Shown here one piece after another: positions 20,393-30,139 of a stretch of DNA of 64,000 bases; positions within the stretch are counted from its first letter, which is position 1, and each line of letters starts with the position of its first letter. The position numbers and the translations under genes are program-made. Where the stretch lies: positions 32,001-96,000 of the forward strand of contig JBNKOC010000030.1 in the NCBI GenBank assembly GCA_050294405.1. Direction: 5' to 3'. The notes under the pieces were generated by a model. It was not told the DNA's origin. It ran no database searches and saw only the letters and a list, made by a program, of their open reading frames with translations. The stretch comes from Fibrobacteria bacterium. Its GTDB lineage: Bacteria > Fibrobacterota > Fibrobacteria > UBA11236 > JADFYW01.

Positions 20393-20807
20393 ATAATTAA
20401 ACCCAGAAACAATCTTGCTCACTTTTTATTTGAATATTTTCACCATTTTATACCGAAGGTTGGGAAAAAATTTTGGAAAATTGGAAGGGCACACCCGCTT
20501 CTTCCTTAGCTATTTTGCATCGTTTAGCATCCGGTTCTAAAAATTTGGATTTTTAAGCTCCGGAGGGCCAGCGCTAGAAGTAGCATTGCCAACAGTATCA
20601 ATTAGAAGTAGAACCCATGCTTGTTATGATTTTGAAGGTTGCAAAACCAAGTTGGATAGTCGATGAGTCCTGGAAATTCTTTTCTCAATTTTAAAAAGGG
20701 GTTTTGGTACTCCCCTAAACCATAAGTAATTGTGGTTTTTCTCAAATCTGGCCTTAACAGCCTAAAAATCCTAAGTTTATTTGGAACAACCTTTAAGGGG
20801 AACTATT

Positions 20808-21290
20808 ATGCCAAAAAATACTTCAATTGAAATAGGAATTTCAGATGGAGATAGAAAAAAAATCAGCGAAGGATTAAATAAAGTTTTAGCTGACAGTTAC
20901 ACCCTTTACCTTAAAACCCATTATTATCATTGGAATGTAACCGGGCCTATGTTTCAAACTTTGCATTTGATGTTTGAAACTCACTATAATGAATTGGCTT
21001 TGGCTGTTGATTTAATTGCCGAACGAATCAGGTCTTTAGGCCACGTGGCCCCGGGTACCTATTCGGAGTTTGCCAAACTTGGCAGCATATCAGAAGATAA
21101 AGGGGTTCCAAAAGCTAAAGACATGATCAAAAATTTGGTAAAAGGACATGAAGCTGTTGCCAAAACAGTTAGAGGTTGCTTTCCAACTGCAGAAAAAGCC
21201 TCTGACCAAGCTACCATGGATTTATTGACCCAGCGTCTTCAGGTTCATGAAAAGACGGCCTGGATGCTGCGAAGCTTATTAGAAGATTAA
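20808..21290 (+). CDS. dps: DNA starvation/stationary-phase protection protein Dps
   Basis: [25 protein letters not shown]...DLIAERI...[11 protein letters not shown] at 20808. Confidence 0.95.
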   Translation: MPKNTSIEIGISDGDRKKISEGLNKVLADSYTLYLKTHYYHWNVTGPMFQTLHLMFETHYNELALAVDLIAERIRSLGHVAPGTYSEFAKLGSISEDKGVPKAKDMIKNLVKGHEAVAKTVRGCFPTAEKASDQATMDLLTQRLQVHEKTAWMLRSLLED

Positions 21291-21455
21291 AGAGCTTTGT
21301 GTCGGAATTAAAAAAAAGGTTTCCTTTTTTGTAAAAAAAATGAGCGAAAATTGTCCGTTGAAGCGTCTAATTATTAATAGACCTATTTAAAAAATCAGCT
21401 TCTGATATTGGAGAGTTGGTTTTCTGACAAATTTCGCGCAACCAATAACTAATCT

Positions 21456-21483
21456 AAGGCCTTTCTTCGGAAAGGCCTTTTTT
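21456..21483 (+). terminator. Strong intrinsic terminator with C(UUCG)G tetraloop
   Basis: AAGGCCTTTC-TTCG-GAAAGGCCTT then a T run. Confidence 0.88.
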
Positions 21484-21595
21484 GTTTATTTCTGACAATT
21501 TTACATGGATGCTTTTGGAGCCAAAATTTTGAATATCAGTTATATTTTACGGCAGCGACAAATTTGACCTATTTAAATATGAAAAACGGCTAAAA

Positions 21596-24500
21596 ATGAA
21601 CAAATCTGCCCCCAACTTTAAATCTTTATTTCTATTTCTGATATTCTCATGCCTTGCTGGTTTTGCGTTTTTGAGTTGTCTGCACATTTCAGAAAGCGAC
21701 ACTGTACAGGTTCGATTTTCCAATCCCAATGAAAACTCAATCCAGGATAATATTGAAAGCATAAAAGTATTGCTGGCATATGACAATGGGGATACCCTGG
21801 TAATTTTCGAGGGAAGTAAAGAGTCAACCGGATTTTTGGGTCCCTGGGAAGCCAGTTCCAAAAAGTCTAATGTGGTGTTGATAATTATTCAGTATGATAT
21901 TAATGGGCTGGAAATATCAAATGAAAAATACAGCTATACATTTAAAAATAAAACGTTTGTTATTGATCCAAAGTTGGAAATTACTCCAAGCAAGCTATCA
22001 TTGCAAGCAGGCGCAGAACCCATTCAATTAGCATATAAGTTATTTCCTTCATCTTTAGAATTGCCTATTCAGTGGAGTTCCAGCAACCCAGAGTTTGCTT
22101 CAGTTACAAACCAGGGTATCATAACTCCACTTAAAGAGGGAACTTTGCAAATAATAGGGGCGGCGGATGATCTTACAGATACTTGTTATGTTACGGTGCT
22201 ATCCCAAGCTCAAGATAAAGATACCTTGACCATATTATCTCCTCTGGAAAATGTTTTGGCGAGTGCTGGGGAAAATGCGGAATTTAAAATAATGGCAGAA
22301 GGTGAAAGTATATCTTACCGTTGGAGCTTGGATGGAGAAATAGTAGAAGGTCAAGTTGGTTCCACTTTTACCCTTTCTGCTGTTGGCCTTGAATTAAACA
22401 ATGCCAAAATTTCGGTAGAAGTATATACAAAGGATACAGCAGTTGTTGAGGTCGCAAACTTATATGTGATTAATCCCTCAGATCCGCTGGCATTCGTTGA
22501 GAAAATTCCAGACTATTCTCTTTCCGAGGGTCAGAGCGTTTCCATTAAGGCACTTGTGAATAAATTATCCGGGGTGAGTTATTCATGGGAAAAAGAAGGA
22601 AATGTGGTTTCCAGTGAGGCAGGCTATTCAATAGCCTCTTTTAGTGAATTGGATACTGGTTTATACATTATTAATGTGGCGTGGGAAGATCAAGTTGTTT
22701 CCGATAGTTTTTTTATGGAACTTACGGAATTGGAATATTTTGAAATAACCGTTGCTCCTGTTGCAAATGGAAAGGTTATGTATATGGATAGCTCAATTTC
22801 AAAGTTATCCATACTTAAAGGGGAAAGTGCGAATTTGGTATTTGAGCCGGACCCGGGGTATGTAATCGATATTATTTCTCTAAATGGAGTTAACAATGAT
22901 GAAGCTGCTTTAAGTGGAGAATTAGCTTTAGAAAATATAAATGAAAACTTTAATATTGTTGCGAGCTTTAAAAAGGCCAGCTATTCCCTAAAAATTTCTT
23001 TAAATGATTCCTCAATGGGCAGTGTTTCTTTGCAACCAAATAGCTCTTTATTTCAATATGGGGACAGCGTTATCCTTGAAGCAATACCTGCCAGCGTAGA
23101 TTATAAATTTACAGGTTGGCTTGGAGACATATCTTCAAATGAAAGTCAGCTGGTTGTTGTAATGGACAAAAATTATGATTTGCAAGCTAACTTTAGTTTA
23201 ATCGGAAAATACAGCATTAATATGTCGGTGTTATCTGGTTTGTCCTCAGGAACTGTAACATTAGACCCAGACAGCAATTCTTACAACAGCGGTACGGTGG
23301 TTAGCCTTATTGCCAGCCCAAAAGAGGGGTGGAAATTTTCTGGATGGGAAGGGGATGATAATCAACTTACCGGGATAGAAAATCCCCTGGAAATAACTGT
23401 GGGACAAACAGACATTAATGGAGCGGCAACGTTTTCTAAAATTCCGATAACTATTGAACTGTCTACTTTGCCAGATTTGGAAAACCCAGGGAACCCTCAG
23501 CCTGGAAAAACGGAATATTTCTGGGGAGACACTATTGCTCTTTCAGCAAATCCTAACACAACAGATGGTTGGATATTTGAACATTGGGAATTAACGGCTT
23601 CGAATGATGGGTTCATTCAATATATAAATAGTGATAGCACCCAGGAGTCTGCAGATCTTTTGGTAAAAGCTGAAACAGTAGGGGCTGTGGCCCATTATAG
23701 TCAAAAGGAATATACGATTACTCCTTCTGTAACCGGGAATGGGAATGTAACCCCTTCAACAGCAACTATAGTGAAACATGGTGGCAATGCAGATTTTCAA
23801 ATAAGCCCAAATTCAAGTTATGAAATTTCAAAAATAACTGTTGATGGTAGTGATTTAAATTTATCGAATTTCAGTGGGACGTATTCATTTGAAAATGTTA
23901 CTTCAGATCATAGTATTGATGTGGTATTTCAAAAAATCACTCACAACATTAGTGTGATTCAGGTAAATAATGGAGAAATACGCATAAATAATTCTGTGGC
24001 TGGTGATTTAACTGAGGTGGATGACGGATCAAACTTAACAGTCACATTTGTTCCAGATAATGGTTATGAAATCACCAATGTTTATATTGATGGTTTGGCG
24101 AATGCCGCAGCAGCTTCACTTGGCTCTTATACTTTCACAAATATTCAGACAAGCCATTCGGTAACGGCATCATTCACCATAAAAAAATATTCTGTCACTT
24201 TCATTGAGGGAACAAATGGTTCCAGGATTGGGGGAGGGGCGTTAAGCCAAACCATAAATCATGGTTCAGCAGCTTCCGCTCCAAGCATGCTGGCAAATGA
24301 AGGTTGGATTTTTGATGGATGGGATATCAGTTTTTCTAATGTAACAACGGACCTCACTATCTCAGCGCAATATTCCCGGCAAACATTTACGGTTACTATT
24401 GCTGCAGCCAATGGGGGTAGCGTTAATCCATCTGGAGCACAAACCGTATTTTACGGTTCTAACCTAAATATTTCGGCATCTCCTTCCCCTTCGTACAATG

Positions 24501-25147
24501 ATTTTGAAAATTGGAGTGTGACCGGTTCTTTAAATGTGACCAATGCAAATTCATCATCCACAACTATTACAAATATTACATCAGATGGAACGGTTACTGC
24601 TAATTTTTGGGTATGCGGCAGAGATAACTTAGTGGACGGCCGATTTGGAAATCAGTCCTATTCAACCGTAGTGGCATCAAGCCAGTGTTGGATGGGGGAA
24701 AATTTTAATGGGGGTACTTATATTAATAGTTCCACTACAACCCAAGATGCTACCAACGGAACAGTTGAAAAATTTTGCTGGAATGATTTTTCATCCCTGT
24801 GTACTCAAAGTGGAGGTATGTATATCTGGTATGAAGCCATGGGTAATAATAGGCAGGCAAAGGCCCAGGGAATCTGTCCGCAAAATTGGCATATTCCTGA
24901 CACTGCAGAAGTTACCTTGCTAATTAACTCCGGGGCAGATATCCAGCAGAATATTGTTGGTACAAGTACGGGAAATGGCGGCTTTGAGAGCGAAGGTTTT
25001 GATAGCGGTTATTGGACTTCCAATTATTCTGATAATGGTACCTTTTTAAATCCCTATTTCTTTAATATCGAAATGGGATTGAGCTCCAGTGGGCATAGAG
25101 CAACCTGGGACTTTTTTGGCCTTAACCTTAGATGCATAAAGGATTAG
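21596..25147 (+). CDS. Large surface lipoprotein: Ig-like (Big_2) domains, InlB B-repeat-like modules, C-terminal Fib_succ_major (FISUMP) domain
   Basis: Lipobox FLSC; WSSSNPEFASV..G; repeated Y..G..V.L.A.P..GW.F.GW modules; C-terminal QSYSTV...CWMGENFN...GGMYIW...QGICPQNWHIP...YWTS...LRCIKD. Confidence 0.88.
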   Translation: MNKSAPNFKSLFLFLIFSCLAGFAFLSCLHISESDTVQVRFSNPNENSIQDNIESIKVLLAYDNGDTLVIFEGSKESTGFLGPWEASSKKSNVVLIIIQYDINGLEISNEKYSYTFKNKTFVIDPKLEITPSKLSLQAGAEPIQLAYKLFPSSLELPIQWSSSNPEFASVTNQGIITPLKEGTLQIIGAADDLTDTCYVTVLSQAQDKDTLTILSPLENVLASAGENAEFKIMAEGESISYRWSLDGEIVEGQVGSTFTLSAVGLELNNAKISVEVYTKDTAVVEVANLYVINPSDPLAFVEKIPDYSLSEGQSVSIKALVNKLSGVSYSWEKEGNVVSSEAGYSIASFSELDTGLYIINVAWEDQVVSDSFFMELTELEYFEITVAPVANGKVMYMDSSISKLSILKGESANLVFEPDPGYVIDIISLNGVNNDEAALSGELALENINENFNIVASFKKASYSLKISLNDSSMGSVSLQPNSSLFQYGDSVILEAIPASVDYKFTGWLGDISSNESQLVVVMDKNYDLQANFSLIGKYSINMSVLSGLSSGTVTLDPDSNSYNSGTVVSLIASPKEGWKFSGWEGDDNQLTGIENPLEITVGQTDINGAATFSKIPITIELSTLPDLENPGNPQPGKTEYFWGDTIALSANPNTTDGWIFEHWELTASNDGFIQYINSDSTQESADLLVKAETVGAVAHYSQKEYTITPSVTGNGNVTPSTATIVKHGGNADFQISPNSSYEISKITVDGSDLNLSNFSGTYSFENVTSDHSIDVVFQKITHNISVIQVNNGEIRINNSVAGDLTEVDDGSNLTVTFVPDNGYEITNVYIDGLANAAAASLGSYTFTNIQTSHSVTASFTIKKYSVTFIEGTNGSRIGGGALSQTINHGSAASAPSMLANEGWIFDGWDISFSNVTTDLTISAQYSRQTFTVTIAAANGGSVNPSGAQTVFYGSNLNISASPSPSYNDFENWSVTGSLNVTNANSSSTTITNITSDGTVTANFWVCGRDNLVDGRFGNQSYSTVVASSQCWMGENFNGGTYINSSTTTQDATNGTVEKFCWNDFSSLCTQSGGMYIWYEAMGNNRQAKAQGICPQNWHIPDTAEVTLLINSGADIQQNIVGTSTGNGGFESEGFDSGYWTSNYSDNGTFLNPYFFNIEMGLSSSGHRATWDFFGLNLRCIKD

Positions 25148-25235
25148 TAATTATTTAAGCTTACAATCGCATATAGATTTTGTGGCTTATCAATTTTTTG
25201 TTTTACGACAATGCTTGATTTAACCGAAAAGATTC

Positions 25236-25676
25236 TTGCAGCCTGTCAATAATTCAAATTATAAAGTTCTATTTATTCCAATTTTGAAAAAGAATTTATC
25301 AATAACAATAGTTGGCCTGGCACTGGCCACATCCCTCCTCTTTCTATCTTGCATACCTATGGGTTCCAAGACCTATGATGACCTGGAGCCACAGGACATG
25401 CCTGATAATCCCACTTATGAAAGCCACGTAAAGTTTATCATTGAAGAAAAATGCAGCTTGTGCCATTCCTCTGAATCGGGAAGAATGGCTGAAGATATTT
25501 CGTACGATAAATATAGTGATTGTATTCCTAAAAAAGGCGGGCACCGGGGTTGGAAAGGGATTGAGGAAGCCGCAATTGAAGAAAAGTCAATGCCCCCAGG
25601 AAGCAAGGAAAGGTTAACTCCTAAAGAAACAGCTATTTTATTGCGTTGGAAGGAACAAGGTTTTGTTAAAGAATAG
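25236..25676 (+). CDS. Monoheme cytochrome c lipoprotein
   Basis: Lipobox FLSC; CSLCH heme motif; SMPP candidate axial Met. True start may be the TTG at 25284. Confidence 0.8.
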   Translation: MQPVNNSNYKVLFIPILKKNLSITIVGLALATSLLFLSCIPMGSKTYDDLEPQDMPDNPTYESHVKFIIEEKCSLCHSSESGRMAEDISYDKYSDCIPKKGGHRGWKGIEEAAIEEKSMPPGSKERLTPKETAILLRWKEQGFVKE

Positions 25677-27099
25677 CTTGCCACTTGGTGTTTTTTGGAT
25701 GTTGTTTTTGACATCTGAATTATTGGCTCTTCCCCAATATGCAGCCAGGTCGGCCAGAGTTTGTTCCAATTGCCATGTGAACCCCTTAAAAACTCCAACG
25801 CAAAAAGCCTGGGATAACCCTGATTTAAAAGACAGGAAATGCAATATGTCCTGCCAGGGCTGCCATATCAATCCTGCAGGCGGAGGGTTGCGAAACGCTC
25901 CAGGAAGATTTTACGCAATGAGCACGTTGCCCACCTTAGGTGCTAAGTTACGGCCTTACAGGGATGTGGGCAGCAGAGATATAGAATTATTAACCTCAAT
26001 GTTGTCTAATTCTGATTCCGCTTCAACAACCAAGCCAAAAGGCTCAGAAGCCTCTGATTTTTCCAAGGAGGGAAAGTGGTTTTATCCTGATGATTGGCTA
26101 AGTTATGGGTATCCCTTAAAGACAAAATCAAATCAGAGCTCCTACGCTTACCAGCAAGACAGAATGGGACCTATAAATGCGGATCCCTTTCTTACATTGG
26201 GAGCAAACTTTCGTTTAGCTGATTGGTTCGCTTCCGGTGAAAATTTTATTTTCCCCATGCAGGCTGAGGTCGGAGCGGCTATACATCCGGTGGAACATAT
26301 TAGCCTTGCATCCACAGGAGCCTTGCAGGGCAGAACGGAAGGCCTTTCAGGAAAGGATGATCCAGAATATAGTCCAATTAAAATTCAAAATGCTTTTTTA
26401 CTAATCCATGAACTTCCTTTTCAAAGTTATTTTCAGGGAGGTTTGTTTTTACCGGAATTTGGATTGCGTCAGGAAGATCATACCCAGGCCAATCGGAAAT
26501 ATTTTGAAATGGACCCTTCTCTGATTGAAAATCAGGTACAGGGTTTTCAAATTGGTATGGCTCCAAATTATCCATATAGCAGTGTTTCTTTTTTCCAATT
26601 GCAGGATAAAAATTGGAATTCCACGGGCTTGGGAACAGCCTTTAATTTGTATTGGAGGGATGTTAGCTGGGGAGCAGGGGCTTCCTACATGGGCAAGTGG
26701 AGAAAATTTAAGGATGGAGGCGATATTCAGGCGCTAAGTGTTAACGGATATTTTAACCTTTGGAAGTTTTTGCCTAAAACCCGATTTGCGTACCCCATAG
26801 TTATTCAAATGGAATATGTTTACGGTTACAAAAACCGGACGGCTAGCAGTTATAAATCCCAACATGGAAGCTTTGTGCAGTTGGACTATTTGGTCCAGAA
26901 TGGATTGAATTTAAAAGCGAACTTTAGTTTCTATGATGACGATTTACAACTTAAAGAGGACGCTGGCTACCGTGGCGGATTAGGCTTTGACTGGACTATT
27001 TTTAGGGGCCTTCGCTATTCTGTGGAAACCCGGTCATTTCTAACGGAAACGGGTGGGACTAACGCGGACTTGATTATGTTTCTCCACGCGTATTTGTAA
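25663..27099 (+). CDS. Two-heme cytochrome c fused to a predicted outer-membrane beta-barrel (Cyc2-like architecture)
   Basis: Signal peptide, LPQYAARSARVCSNCH, then CNMSCQGCH; C-terminal ~300 aa of amphipathic, aromatic-rich beta strands ending FLHAYL. Confidence 0.75.
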   Translation: MLKNSLPLGVFWMLFLTSELLALPQYAARSARVCSNCHVNPLKTPTQKAWDNPDLKDRKCNMSCQGCHINPAGGGLRNAPGRFYAMSTLPTLGAKLRPYRDVGSRDIELLTSMLSNSDSASTTKPKGSEASDFSKEGKWFYPDDWLSYGYPLKTKSNQSSYAYQQDRMGPINADPFLTLGANFRLADWFASGENFIFPMQAEVGAAIHPVEHISLASTGALQGRTEGLSGKDDPEYSPIKIQNAFLLIHELPFQSYFQGGLFLPEFGLRQEDHTQANRKYFEMDPSLIENQVQGFQIGMAPNYPYSSVSFFQLQDKNWNSTGLGTAFNLYWRDVSWGAGASYMGKWRKFKDGGDIQALSVNGYFNLWKFLPKTRFAYPIVIQMEYVYGYKNRTASSYKSQHGSFVQLDYLVQNGLNLKANFSFYDDDLQLKEDAGYRGGLGFDWTIFRGLRYSVETRSFLTETGGTNADLIMFLHAYL

Positions 27100-27360
27100 A
27101 TCAAAATAAAATGCTTTCGCTGTAGTCTAAAAATATCAATTCCAAGCTTTTCAAATCCAATGGAGAGATCTGCACGGGAGCTTGGTTGCAAATGCAGCCA
27201 TAAACTGCAATATTGGTCAAACTAGTAAAGTAAAAATGCCGCTAATTCCCTGCATCCAAGAAAACTGATAAAAATGACCAAATAGCCTAATAAAATTCAG
27301 GGATTTTAGGCTATATTGAGTTCAAAGTTGCTCATTTTTTTAATTTTATAGCTGGGGTTT

Positions 27361-28722
27361 TTGCTCCGCTATTTTAGGAAAATGATTATCAAGCCATTTG
27401 AATTATTTTGTTTAAAGCCTTTTTTGTGGCTTTTTCTATTTGCAACAAGCCTTATTTCCCAGCCAGCGGATTTCATTTTAATTTTAAAAAGTCCCCAACA
27501 AAATCTCGTAACATCGATAATTGAAGACCATGGCTTAAAAATCAAGTCGCGTATTTTGAGAGATGGAAATTCGCCCATTGTTTCAGTTTACAATAGTTCA
27601 GGAATGTCCATGCTGCAAATGGAAAACATTTTGCAAGGGGATAGCCGAATTCAAATTGTGGAAAAAGAACAGTTGTATAAAATCACATCGGATCCCACGA
27701 ATGATCCTTTGTATAAAGATCAATGGGGCCTTCACAAAAATTCCAGCGCAGAAAGAGGGATAAATTCTGGCGCATCCTGGAGTTTGTATAGGGGAAATGA
27801 ATCAATAGTTATTGCCATTATTGACACTGGTGTTGATTATTTACATCCTGATTTAACCGATAATATGTGGAATAACCCAAAAGAAATTCCCAATAATAAT
27901 ATTGATGATGACAAAAATGGCTACAAAGATGATGTATATGGCTGGGATTTTCACGGTAGAGATGGAAACCCTATGGATGGGAATAGCCATGGCACTTTAG
28001 TAGCCGGAGTAGTAGGCGCCCGGGGTGATAATCATTTAGGAGGTTCGGGAGTAATACAGCGCTGTAAATTAATGGCTCTAAAGGGGCTGTCAGATGACGG
28101 TTTTGGCTATACATCCGATTTAGCGGAAGCCATAATTTATGCCGTAGACAATGGGGCAAGGGTTATTAACGCCAGCTGGGGTGGAGGAGGTTTTTCTCCA
28201 ACTTTATTTGCGGCTTTGGAATATGCAAAATCTCATGATGTTGTTTTCGTAGCTGCAGCGGGTAACTCCAGGAGAAATAACGATGATTTTCCTTTTTACC
28301 CCGCTTCCTATGAGTTAGATAACATTGTATCTGTTGGAGCCACGGAAAAAAATGGGATAAAGGCGGGTTTTTCTCATTTTGGCAAAAACTCAGTGGATAT
28401 ATTTGCACCAGGAGTTGGCATTTTATCTACAGCTCCTGGCGGCGGGTATTTCCCTCAATCCGGCACCAGTCTGGCAGCGCCTTTTGTGACTGGAGCTTTT
28501 GGCCTTTTAATTTCTTCCAGTCCTAATTGGACTTATTTAGATTACCAGAGAGTGATTTATAACACGGTTCATAAATCAGGGGATTTGAATAGTCTTTGTA
28601 AAAGCGGTGGAATATTAGATATATATTCTGCTTTAAATGAACGGCATGAATTTCCGAGAAGGTTGGACAAAAAAACAATTGTTAGAAGTTTGCTTAGTTT
28701 ACATCAGAATAAAAAGCTGTAG
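27361..28722 (+). CDS. Secreted S8 (subtilisin-like) serine peptidase
   Basis: Catalytic triad motifs IDTGVD, HGTLVAG and SGTSLAAP; AAGN oxyanion motif; signal peptide and propeptide. Start uncertain (27382 possible). Confidence 0.93.
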   Translation: MLRYFRKMIIKPFELFCLKPFLWLFLFATSLISQPADFILILKSPQQNLVTSIIEDHGLKIKSRILRDGNSPIVSVYNSSGMSMLQMENILQGDSRIQIVEKEQLYKITSDPTNDPLYKDQWGLHKNSSAERGINSGASWSLYRGNESIVIAIIDTGVDYLHPDLTDNMWNNPKEIPNNNIDDDKNGYKDDVYGWDFHGRDGNPMDGNSHGTLVAGVVGARGDNHLGGSGVIQRCKLMALKGLSDDGFGYTSDLAEAIIYAVDNGARVINASWGGGGFSPTLFAALEYAKSHDVVFVAAAGNSRRNNDDFPFYPASYELDNIVSVGATEKNGIKAGFSHFGKNSVDIFAPGVGILSTAPGGGYFPQSGTSLAAPFVTGAFGLLISSSPNWTYLDYQRVIYNTVHKSGDLNSLCKSGGILDIYSALNERHEFPRRLDKKTIVRSLLSLHQNKKL

Positions 28723-28734
28723 AAAGAGGGCATA

Positions 28735-30057
28735 ATGCGCACTAAAATTATTTTAATTATCCTTGGGTGTTTGTTTTATCTGGGTTTTGGCCAGGGTGGC
28801 GGTGGGGAAAATTCTCCCATAAAATTTTATAATTTGGAAAAAGAATACAGTAAAACCATAACTTACGCATATACGCCAAAAGAAGCTTCGGCACTTGAGT
28901 TAAAGCAAATCCTGGCAAATATGCTTTCTATTTTTGGTTCTATCTATGTAAATGAAGTTACTAATACAATTTTTCTAACTGATACTGAAGAAAAAATTGA
29001 AGATGTGAAAGCCATATTGCCTAGCCTGGATTTGAAAAATATTAAAGCCGGAAACAATTTGGTTTCGGAAGTAATGTATTTAAAACACGAAAATGTTTTT
29101 GATGTAAGCAGTATAATCCGCCACAAGCTTTCCGGAGAAGGGAATCTGTATGAGATAGCTAATTTAAATGCCATGGTTGTAACTGATATAAGTTCGAAAA
29201 TCGGCGAAGTTAAAAACCTATTGGAAAAAATTGATGTTCCTAACCCCCAGATTGCCATTGAAATAAGTGTGGTAGAATTTAACAATGAATATTTTTCGAA
29301 ATTAGGCATTAATATATTTGATTGGCTGCAGGGATTAAATGCGGGTATTGATATTTATAAAATGGACGATGGAACAACCAGAACTTCTGTTACTTTGCAA
29401 AATAAGGGAGAAGGCCCCATTAGCACCGGCGGAGAATTTTTAATATCCGAATTAGACAGAAGCAGCCAGCACAAGTTGCGTTCAGAAATAAACATCAGTG
29501 ATTTAGTTAATTTTATTAATGAAAACGCCGATGGCGCCGTGCTTGCCAACTCCAGAATTATTACCAGAAATAATAAACAGGCCATATTAAATGCCCGTGA
29601 ATATTTGCCTCACCAGTTTTTTGAACAAAATTTAGCAGAGGCAAATCCCTTTACTCAGTTGTCTTTAACGGGAACGACAGTTAGGGTCACACCAACTATT
29701 CAACAAGATAGCATGATAAATTTGAAAATTATTCCTGTGGTGGCAAATCTAACAGGATGGAGCCCCAAGGGAATGCCGATTGTTTTTGAGAGAAGTTTGG
29801 ATACGGAGGTGAAGGTTAAAAATAATACCATTTTTGCCTTGGGCGGTTTAAACAAAAAAGAAAAAGTTAAAATCCGCAGAGGAATTCCCATTTTAAAAGA
29901 TATTCCTCTGCTAAGGGTATTCTTTTCCACCCAGCAGGATGTGGTTTTAGAAAGGGAAGTTTTGATTTTTATAAAGCCTGTCTTACAGGAATACTACAGT
30001 TCCTCCGAAGAGTCCATGAAAAATATGATGGAACGTTTTGAACCCAGTAAAGAATAA
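28735..30057 (+). CDS. Secretin (GspD/PilQ superfamily) with two N-type domains
   Basis: Two Secretin_N-like repeats, PQIAIEISVVE, VRVTPTI, DTEVKVKNN..FALGGL, GIPILKDIPLL, EVLIFIKP. Confidence 0.88.
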   Translation: MRTKIILIILGCLFYLGFGQGGGGENSPIKFYNLEKEYSKTITYAYTPKEASALELKQILANMLSIFGSIYVNEVTNTIFLTDTEEKIEDVKAILPSLDLKNIKAGNNLVSEVMYLKHENVFDVSSIIRHKLSGEGNLYEIANLNAMVVTDISSKIGEVKNLLEKIDVPNPQIAIEISVVEFNNEYFSKLGINIFDWLQGLNAGIDIYKMDDGTTRTSVTLQNKGEGPISTGGEFLISELDRSSQHKLRSEINISDLVNFINENADGAVLANSRIITRNNKQAILNAREYLPHQFFEQNLAEANPFTQLSLTGTTVRVTPTIQQDSMINLKIIPVVANLTGWSPKGMPIVFERSLDTEVKVKNNTIFALGGLNKKEKVKIRRGIPILKDIPLLRVFFSTQQDVVLEREVLIFIKPVLQEYYSSSEESMKNMMERFEPSKE

Positions 30058-30139
30058 AATTAAAGGAGTTTTTAAAATTGAGGAATGCCGCATTGAATGA
30101 GGCGTGCGAAAAAAACTCCAATTAGGTATTTGATAATAT

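Noticed and set aside
20400..20780. Pseudogene in the gap before dps
   Set aside because: Short open stretches exist, but I could not recognise homology to any family.
24600..25147. FISUMP C-terminus as a diversity-generating retroelement target
   Set aside because: No reverse transcriptase and no second copy (template repeat) of this region was seen in the window.
30064..30119. Inverted repeat GGAGTTTTT/AAAAACTCC between the secretin and tatD
   Set aside because: The 9-bp arms are low-complexity and the interior is weak, so chance cannot be excluded.
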